Source: Nemertoderma westbladi (taxonomy: Eukaryota > Animalia > Xenacoelomorpha). Taken from it: 62,027 bases of DNA. The stretch lies in the NCBI GenBank assembly GCA_032718475.1, contig JAUCBJ010007974.1:1-62027 (forward strand), read 5' to 3'. The position numbers and the translations under genes were made by a program. Below, piece by piece: positions 52,665 through 62,027 of the stretch (position 1 is its first letter; every line of letters starts with the position of its first letter). The notes below the pieces were generated by a model that saw only the letters and a program-made list of their open reading frames with translations, was not told where the DNA came from and made no database searches.

Positions 52665-55600
52665 ATTACATTCTAAATAAATTTGTACATAGACCCACCT
52701 ACCGCCAAAACGCCACTCACTTATTCCACCAAAGATAAATGTGTGTTCCACCACACATGACATTCTAAAGAAATGTGTACATAGACCCACCTACCGCCAA
52801 AAGGCCACCCACTTATTCCACCGAATATAAATGTGTACATAGAACCACCTACCGCCAAAAGGCCACCCACTTATTCCACCAAAGATAAATGTGTGTTCCA
52901 CCACACATGACATTCTAAAGAAATGTGTACATAGACCCACACACCGCCAAAAGGCCACCAACTTATTCCACCAAAGATAAATGTGTGTTCCACCATACAT
53001 TACATTCTAAAGAAATGGGTACATAGACCCACCTACCGCCAAAAGGCCACCCACTTATTCCACCAAAGATAAATGTGTGTTCCACCATACATTACATTCT
53101 AAAGAAATGTGTACATAGATCCACCTACCGCCAAAAGGCCATCCACTTGTATTCAAACAAAGTTAAATGTGCGTTCCACCACACATGACATTCTAAAGAA
53201 ATGTGTACATAGACCCACCTACCGCCAAAAGGCCACCCACTTAATCCACCGAATATAAATGTGTACATAGATCCACCTACCGCCAAAAGGCCATCCACTT
53301 GTATTCCACCAAAGATAAATTTGCGTTCCACCACACATGACATTCTAAAGAAATGTGTACATAGATCCACCTACCGCCAAAAGGCCACCCACTTATTCCA
53401 CCAATGATAAATGTGTGTTCCACCACACATGACATTCTAAAGAAATGTGTACATAGACCCACCTACCACCAAAAGGCCACCCACTTAATCCACCGAATAT
53501 AAATGTGTACATAGATCCACCTACCGCCAAAAGGCCATCCACTTGTATTCCACCAATGATAAATTTGCGTTCCACCACACATGACATTCTAAAGAAATGT
53601 GTACATAGAACCGCCTACCACCAAAAGGCCACCCACTTGCACTTATTCCACCGAATATAAATGTGTACATAGATCCACCTACCGCCAAAAAGGCCATCCA
53701 CTTGTATTCCACCAAAGATAAATTTGCGTTCCACCACACATGACATTCTAAAGAAATGTGTACTTAGACCCACCTACCGCCAAAAGGCCACCCACTTATT
53801 CCACCAAAGATAAATGTGTGTTCCACCGTACATTACATTCTAAAGAAATGTGTACATAGACCCACCTACCGCCAAAAGGCCACCCACTTATTCCACCAAA
53901 GATAAATGTGTGTTCTACCACACATGACATTCTAAAGAAATGTGTACATAGACCCACCTACCGCCAAAAGACCACCCACTTATTCCACCGAATATAAATG
54001 TGTACATAGACCCACCTACCGCCAAAAGGCCACCCACTTATTCCACCAAAGATAAATGTGTGTTCCACCACACATGACATTCTAAAGAAATGTGTACATA
54101 GACCCACCTACCGCCAAAAGGCCACCCACTTATTCCACCAAAGATAAATGTGTGTTTCACCATACATTACATTCCAAATAAATGTGTACATAGACCCACC
54201 TACCGCCAAAAGGCCACCCACTTATTCCACCAAAGATAAATGTGTGTTCCACCACACATGACATTCTAAAGAAATGTGTACATAGACCCACCTACCGCCA
54301 AAAGGCCACCCACTTATTCCACCGAATATAAATGTGTACATAGAACCACCTACCGCCAAAAGGCCACCCACTTATTCCACCAAAGATAAATGTGTGTTCC
54401 ACCACACATGACATTCTAAAGAAATGTGTACATAGACCCACCTACCGCCAAAAGGCCACCCACTTATTCCACCAAAGATAAATGTGTGTTCCACCATACA
54501 TTACATTCTAAAGAAATGTGTACATAGATCCACCTACCGCCAAAAGGCCATCCACTTGTATTCAACCAAAGATAAATGTGCGTTCCACCACACATGACAT
54601 TCTAAAGAAATGTGTACATAGACCCACCTACCGCCAAAAGGCCACCCACTTATTCCACCGAATATAAATGTGTACATAGACCCACCTACCGCCAAAAGGC
54701 CACCCACTTATTCCACCGAATATAAATGTGTACATAGACCCACCTACCGCCAAAAGGCCACCCACTTATTCCACCAAAGATAAATGTGTGTTCCACCATA
54801 CATTACATTTTAAAGAAATGTGTACATAGACCCACCTACCGCCAAAAGGCCACCCACTTATTCCACCGAATATAAATGTGTACATTGACCCACCTACCGC
54901 CAAAAGGCCACCCACTTATTCCACCAAAGATAAATGTGTGTTCCACTACACATTACATTCTAAAGAAATGTGTACATAGACCCACCTACCGCCAAAAGGC
55001 CACCCCCTTATTTCACCAAAGATAAATGTGTGTTCCACCACACATTACATTCTAAAGAAATGTCTACATAGACCCACCTACCGCCAAAAGGCCACCCACT
55101 TATTCCACCAAAGATAAATGTTTGTTCCACCACATGACATTCTAAAGAAATGTGTACATAGACCCACCTACCGCCAAAAGGCCACCGACTTATTCCACCG
55201 AATATAAATGTGTACATAGACCCACCTACCGCCAAAAGGCCACCCACTTATTCCACCAAAGATAAATGTGTGTTCCACCACATGACATTCTAAAGAAATG
55301 TGTAAATAGACCCACCTACCGCCAAAAGGCCACCCACTTATTCCACCAAAGATAAATGTGTGTTCCACCACACATGACATTCTAAAGAAATGTGTACATA
55401 GACCCACCTACCGCCAAAAGGCCACCCACTTATTCCACCGAATATAAATGTGTACATAGATCCACCTACCGCCAAAAGGCCATCCACTTGTATTCCACCA
55501 AAGATAAATGTGTGTTCCACCACATGATATTCTAAAGAAATGTGTACATAGACCCACCTACCGCCAAAAGGCCACCCACTTTTTCCACCGAATATAAATG

Positions 55601-56958
55601 TGTACATAGATCCACCTACCGCCAAAAGGCCACCCACTTATTTCACCGAATTTAAATGTGTACATAGACCCACCTACCGCCAAAAGGCCACCCACTTATT
55701 CCACCAAAGATAAATGTGTGTTCCACCACACATTACATTCTAAATAAATGTGTACATAGACCCACCTACCGCCAAAAGGCCACCCACTTATTCCACCAAA
55801 GATAAATGTGTGTTCCACCACACATTACATTCTAAAGAAATGTGTACATAGACCCACCTACCGCCAAAAGGCCACCCACTTATTCCACCAAAGATAAATG
55901 TGTGTTCCACCACATGACATTCTAAAGAAATGTGTACATAGACCCACCTACCGCCAAAAGGCCACCCACTTATTCCACCAAAGATAAATGTGTGTTCCAC
56001 CCCATGACATTCTAAAGAAATGTGTACATAGACCCACCTACCGCCAAAAGGCCACCCACTTATTCCACCAAAGATAAATGTGTGTTCCACCACATGACAT
56101 TCTAAAGAAATGTATACATAGACCCACCTACCGCCAAAAGGCCACCCACTTATTCCACCAAAGATAAATGTGTGTTCCACCACACATTACATCCTAAAGA
56201 AATGTGTACATAGACCCACCTACCGCCAAAATGCCACCCACTTATTCCACCAAAGATATATGTGTGTTCCACCACATGACATTCTAAAGAAATGTGTACA
56301 TAGACCCACCTACCGCCAAAAGGCCACCCACTTATTCCACCAAAGATAAATGTGTGTTCCACCACATGCCATTCTAAAGAAATGTGTACATAGACCCACC
56401 TACCGCCAAAAGGCCACCCACTTATTCCACCAAAGATAAATGTGTGTTCCACCACACATTACATTCTAAAGAAATGTGTACATAGACCCACCTACCACCA
56501 AAAGGCCACCCACTTATTCCACCAAAGATAAATGTGTACATAGATCCACCTACCGCCAAAAGGCCACCCACTTATTCAACCAAAGATAAATGTGTGTTCC
56601 ACCACATGACATTCTAAAGAAATATGTACATAGACCCACCTACCGCCAAAAGGCCACCCACTTATTCCACCAAAGATAAATGTGTGTTCCACCACACATT
56701 ACATTCTAAAGAAATGTGTACATAGACCCACCTACCGCCAAAAGGCCACCCACTTATTCCACCAAAGATAAATGTGTGTTCCACCACACATTACATTCTA
56801 AAGAAATGTGTACATAGACCCACCTACCGCCAAAAGGCCACCCACTTATTCCACCAAAGATAAATGTGTACATAGATCCACCTACCGCCAAAAGGCCACC
56901 CACTTATTCAACCAAAGATAAATGTGTGTTCCACCACATGACATTCTAAAGAAATGTG
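52665..56958 (+). repeat. composite 92/58/94-bp satellite, right part
   Basis: Resumes in register (attac|attctaaa) after the retrotransposon. 90-bp variants become common toward the end. Confidence 0.98.
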
Positions 56959-58814
56959 CGCAAATTAGTGTTTTCCATCAGATTGTTGGTTTAAAATGTC
57001 AGTAAATTACTAATTTTTTATAACCCTACGGAATGGGGGTGGGAAATTTTTCTACGTGATTATTTCTCGCTTTCCATTAAGATTTTGACTTCAGGCTTAT
57101 TTTTTGTACTTACGGTGTTTTTGCATTGTACAACCTGTATGTAAATACATTCGATACAATGCAAAAACAAATGTCACAATGACAAAACAAATATCACAAT
57201 GACAAAACACCGTAAGTCTGTCAGTTGCGATGTTTATGCATTGTATAAATTTAATGCATAAATTGTGGGGGGGGGGGGGGGGGGGAACCTCACTGCGGTT
57301 TTAAATTTGTAAATAACTCGAAAGTGGTTGCAACATAAACAAAAAAACTTGGAAACGGGGAAATAATATGAAATATAAAGAACTGCCCGAAATTAGTCGA
57401 AGTTTATTAAATTACCTGTCATGAAGCGAAAATTACAAAAAATGGTTTAATGACAGAGGAGTAGTGTTTTTTGCGTGAAAAATTTCTTTCCTAGAAAATT
57501 GCCTTGAAAGTTTAAACATCCCACACAAAATTGCCCGTATGTGGTCTGGTTGGTTAATATTGATTATAAATTATGATTAAATTTCTACACTTAATAAAAT
57601 TTCCCTCCGGCGTTTCGAAACGTTGCTGTAGTTACTTTATTATTATTACAGATACAGAAATCCTCAGTTAAAAAATTTAAATCTTCAGTTGGTTAAAAAC
57701 AATTGAATGTTAATTGAAATACACAATAAATATAAGTTATAACGAAACTGACTTTACAGTTGTTTTTAAATAAATTATTTAAATGTTACTTTATATGAAA
57801 ATCGCGGAAAATGTGAAGAATGGCAACGATTTTAAACGCTTACAAAAATAATCGACAATTCCGGCTTCATGGTAACAACGACGGTGAGTTGAACTAGTTT
57901 AAAATTTATTTCAAGCAAAATGATAAAGATTTGTAGAAAATTTGACATTTACAACATTTTACATTGATTATATTACTGGTCATAGTTAATTAAGTGACTG
58001 CCTAAGTGTCCGGCTGATTATGAAACTATAACCTGTTTATTGTTTTGGTAGAATTAAATGCCACTGCAATCTGCCCATTTCACTTAATTGTTAATTTTAG
58101 CGGGCAAACGTTTCTGGGCAATTCGCCTGCGGGCGAGAATTCCGCCACACCTTGCGATGGTGCTATCTACCTTTGGATGGGGGGGATATAATTTCTTATT
58201 TTCATCGATATTAAATTAGGCCACTCAAATACTGTATATAAGCTATCCGCGATTGGCAGAGGTTATCAATTAATGTTAGGTCACGAGTATGTTATTCGCC
58301 TCCAGGCCACCTTATCACATCCATTTATTTGAACCAATATATATTGCTCGCTCATATTACTCGTGTACAGTAATTAAATATTATTAGAACTACAATAAAT
58401 TTATTGGATTTCAAATTCACATTTATGTACAATTATTGTGAGTTTAATTAATTGCAATCAATAATCATATAGTTTGTACCTTGTGCATAAGAATCCGATA
58501 GTATAAACTTATCTACTTACCGCTATTAAACTCCTGTTTCCAGAACTATTAATTGTACATTTAGTTATTCTGTTATTTATTTCTCGAGTGTGAGTTTATT
58601 TATAATCCTACTTATACGTACAGTAGGCTATGTACCCCTACATTTAGCCTTTCTTCTTCTAGGAATAATTTAATATACTTATTCAAAATTTAAACAAATA
58701 TATGTTTCGTAGGAACAATCTTTTGTTTAAAGTAGGCCTACAGTAAGTTAAAAATTAATATGCAAATAATTCCACAAATTGATAAAAGACTTAAAAACTT
58801 AAAGATTCTTGGGC

Positions 58815-60032
58815 TGTTCGCGCTTTCAGACCTTTGGCAGTTTAACCCACCAAATTAAGATGTCTTCTAGATATTAAATCTGCTTTTAGTCTATGACAAG
58901 TATTTGATTCACTACACTAGTCGAAACCAATCCGTGCGCGACCATTCACCCGCTGGATATTCCCGGGAGATTGGGTTCGACGGTTTAATTTTTTATTGCT
59001 ATGTAAGCCTAATGTATTATTCGACTGACAGTATTATATAATCTCTGACAATATTATTCACCTTCGGTAATATTAACAGTTCCTTTAGGACGTGGCGCTT
59101 TATCTATATAAACAGAGTTATGACTTAAACTACTCACAACGATATGGCTTAATTATAATCCACATATATGACGCATTCTTTAGGAATTGCTTCTTTAACA
59201 GACTCACTCATACACTATGCTGCACAATACTGCACACTAATCTGCCAATCTTCACTGATTTTAGTCACATATAAAAGGAACACAGGCTGACTCATGTAGG
59301 GTCTATCAAATAACATTAGATTCACTTCAAACCACTTTAACATAAGTCACAATCGTTATTGGTAACCTTTCTCTCTTACCTTCGGTATATCAAGAATATT
59401 GGGTTGCGGGGTTATTTATCGTTATTCCAAATATAATAATTCATCAACCATATTATGAAGAACTGACAGTAAATAGCAGTATAAAACAACAACTGAACAG
59501 TTAGGTAGATCGGTACATCAGTACCGGTATGTCAGCAGTGAGATATTTACAGGTTAAAGGATATATGCCCTTTATAATTAAACCTACTAGTGTACGACTA
59601 AAAAGCAGTACAGCACAAAATACTTCCAAGCCGTTCTTTCTTTGGCTCAAGACTGAATGTAAACACTGCACATAGGCATTGCGTCATTTCTCGGAAATTT
59701 TCTGTACAAGGAGCCACAAAAACGCTCTCATTGGCTGACTGAACTGAGAGACGCCGTAGAACAAAGGAAATCAACACGTATGAATGTCAGCTGTTAACCG
59801 TAGTCATAGTAACTACTGTTCAAGAGTAGCTATCACCCTTTTGCGTCACGAATTGCCATAGAATCATAAAATATGCCTTTCACAGTACACATACGGAGGA
59901 AATAGGTCTTAGATCCTCTAAAAACACCGATACAGCAATAATACGGTCTCTTACACTTATTAAATCAACTACAGAGTATTTTAATGTAAAAGATAATAAA
60001 AATAACGGGGCAATTCAGCAAAGGCTTTTACA
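58815..60032 (-). repeat. 3' LTR of the second element (~1218 bp)
   Basis: TG...CA. About 58815-59480 aligns with 36806-37500; the rest is diverged except the terminal bases. Confidence 0.85.
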
Positions 60033-60110
60033 CCGCTCCCAGAAAATGGGATTTTCAGTCTATAAAATATAAAAATCACAGTTTCTAAAACACAAAGATA
60101 CTCTAAACAG

Positions 60111-61886
60111 TTAGTCTTTCTTGCGCGGACGGCGTTTACGCAGTTTCTGGAGGCTAGCAAGAGTCCTTTTCTCTTTGGGGCGAGCCACTTTACGAGGAGG
60201 GCTGTAGCTCCTAGGCGAAGGGTGCAATATAATTGCATCAGAAGGTGCAGGGTTACGATCGGTATACCCGCCGGTCGAGGTACCTGGTTGATTAATATCA
60301 ACCTCAGTGGAGTGAGGTCTAACGGCCTTTAGAGCGCGTCTCAGGACAGCAGCTTCTACGGGTCCTTGACGGGTCGTCTGGACACTAGCGGTGGGTGGAC
60401 CGTGAGTGGTGAGGAACTTTCTCGGTTTAATGGTTCTCTCCAGCTCGCGTTCTCGGGTTCGGTATTCATATGGGCGCCGAGATACTTCCTGGAGTTCAGG
60501 ATGCGAGTTCACGAAAATGTCGCCATACTCAGGGTCCTGACGGATATAATTGATCAGGTGATATGTGGTTATATCATTAGGATTAACGTTTCTCAGGTAT
60601 TTCCTGACAAACTTGGTGGAAATACACTCACCAACACGCTTCATTAACTCGTAACTTGGTACGCGTGTTTTCTGTTCAATCGACGCGAATAGATAAGGAT
60701 GGAACGCGTAAACTCCCTCGTAAGCTCGTCCAGGGTAATAGCGATGTCTGGATTCGCAATGTAAATCTGCGTTCGCTTCCCAAGCTCGGATGTATCGCAG
60801 GGTGATCATCTCGTCTACGCTCTCTAAATCGCGATTAAAGGGACAATTGTAACTTTCGTGTCCTTTAAGTTGGCAGTAGTGACATTGAGTCATAAACTGT
60901 GGGCAGACGGCAAATATATGAGAGTTATTAAGCCGGCAATAAGCACAATATATTTCCATCATCGGTTGTTCGAGGAAATAGGAACAAGGTACGCTCGAGT
61001 CGAGAGGAGTGAAGTGGTCTCTCGATGCGCATAATCGACAACGTTTTCGGGAAACGTAGTTGGCGTGTCGATAATCGTACGCTGTGAGACGCTGTGGACC
61101 TTGATACCACTCTATGACATAATCATTGTCACTGCTCCGAGAAGCCGTAGGTTGAATCGCTTCGGATTCCAAGCATACTGGTTCATCCTCCAGCTGCATA
61201 GACGAAGTTGGTGCGTCGGTTTCCGTAAGTGGACCCACTGTCTGTATTTCCACGACAGAATAACCTGTAGGTATTCGGGGTCGTTGTATAACGGATGAAT
61301 GTGAGTTCTGTGTACAAATGTCTTGAAACACGGCAAATCCAGCGCTACTCAGTTTCTCCGCAGCTGAGTCTCTAAGACTGAGCTTGGTCAGCGCGCGATC
61401 TTTGAACTGACTATCGACGTTACGGAACGGAGTCAGAAAGCGCCGGAAACATTCGAAACGTATGAACTTATTGTGTTCGTCTAACTTGGCGAGTTTAGTT
61501 CCAAGTATTAACGGGTGAGCGCGTATGGTACGACTGCACACATCGGCTAGCCAACCGGCAAGTGCTGCGTTTTCAAAGATCGTGTATATAGCTAAGGAAG
61601 GGCGAAGTGGAACACTCATAAAGCTATATACGGCACCAGGCGCAGTTAATGGTCCATCAAAATATAAACGGGAGTAATGATCTCCATATACTTGCTGGTA
61701 ATTTATAGGATTTCCAACTTTGAAATTCCAACCATATTCTTGAAAGGCAAGATGTCCGATGGATGTCCGTTGTACTTTAGTAATGCCGCTGGGTGTATTG
61801 GCATACATAGTGCGAAAGAAACCTCGGCCTTCGGCCCAAGGAGCAATCAGCTGAGTATCAACGAAAGGGTATGGAATGTTCTCCAT
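60111..61886 (-). CDS. accessory ORF of the second BEL/Pao element: unknown N-terminal domain + three Cys/His knuckles + basic NLS-like tail
   Basis: 591-aa open ORF with CRLCASRDH..C, CAYCRLNNSHIFAVC and CHYCQLKGHESYNC, ending LRKRRPRKKD. No obvious signal peptide or TM segment. The frame stays open about 25 codons upstream to a TGA near 61968, so the ancestral ORF may be longer. Confidence 0.8.
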   Translation of the reverse strand: MENIPYPFVDTQLIAPWAEGRGFFRTMYANTPSGITKVQRTSIGHLAFQEYGWNFKVGNPINYQQVYGDHYSRLYFDGPLTAPGAVYSFMSVPLRPSLAIYTIFENAALAGWLADVCSRTIRAHPLILGTKLAKLDEHNKFIRFECFRRFLTPFRNVDSQFKDRALTKLSLRDSAAEKLSSAGFAVFQDICTQNSHSSVIQRPRIPTGYSVVEIQTVGPLTETDAPTSSMQLEDEPVCLESEAIQPTASRSSDNDYVIEWYQGPQRLTAYDYRHANYVSRKRCRLCASRDHFTPLDSSVPCSYFLEQPMMEIYCAYCRLNNSHIFAVCPQFMTQCHYCQLKGHESYNCPFNRDLESVDEMITLRYIRAWEANADLHCESRHRYYPGRAYEGVYAFHPYLFASIEQKTRVPSYELMKRVGECISTKFVRKYLRNVNPNDITTYHLINYIRQDPEYGDIFVNSHPELQEVSRRPYEYRTRERELERTIKPRKFLTTHGPPTASVQTTRQGPVEAAVLRRALKAVRPHSTEVDINQPGTSTGGYTDRNPAPSDAIILHPSPRSYSPPRKVARPKEKRTLASLQKLRKRRPRKKD

Positions 61887-62027
61887 ATTCCTGTTGTATG
61901 CCCAATATGTTTTCCGACAGTGACATTGATGGTAGTGGTAGAGAGCAGGGGGAGACCTAGGTCGTATTCAGAAGTATTCCGAAATACGATCTCAGTAGGA
62001 GGATTGTTACATTCGAGGACTATCTCC

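Larger units (their letters stand above)
58815..62027 (-). mobile_element. 3' part of a second, related BEL/Pao element (continues past the window end)
   Basis: LTR 58815-60032 (tgttcgcgct...ggcttttaca) is similar to 36806-37991, with the same PPT and a homologous accessory ORF. Confidence 0.88.

Noticed and set aside
28914-56455. Many short MGLCTHFFRMSC... ORFs
   Set aside because: They are translations of the satellite units, with frequent frame changes.
60850-61050. Nanos zinc-finger assignment
   Set aside because: The Cys/His spacing differs from Nanos (CX2CX12HX10C...CX2CX7HX4C); it fits generic knuckles better.

Overview
This is repeat-rich animal (probably invertebrate) genomic DNA. 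It contains three intron-free host-type ORFs: RAD54B-like (2227-5112), an N-terminal-only CEP135 (6472-7461) and a ZMIZ1/2-like ORF (20788-22029, minus strand). A decayed LINE (about 7.9-13.9 kb) is split by nested insertions, and there are several non-autonomous TIR elements, a 3.2-kb 36-bp hairpin minisatellite, and a roughly 12-kb composite 92/58/94-bp satellite. A young, complete 15.9-kb BEL/Pao LTR retrotransposon (36806-52664, minus strand; 1186-bp LTRs, ATTAC target-site duplication) is inserted in that satellite. Two more LTRs of the same lineage lie at 1-1011 and 58815-60032. The most unusual signal is in this BEL/Pao lineage. (i) In the env position it carries an extra ORF with CCHC zinc knuckles and a basic C-terminal NLS-like tail rather than a glycoprotein. 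The two copies share the C-terminal half but have unrelated N-terminal halves, and one of those N-terminal domains also appears as a decayed, tandem, free-standing copy at about 26-27.6 kb. (ii) It has no TGG-type tRNA primer-binding site; instead the 11 nt after the 5' LTR are exactly complementary to an 11-mer inside that LTR, as in Tf1-type self-priming. All homology calls come from motif recognition by eye; no database searches were run.
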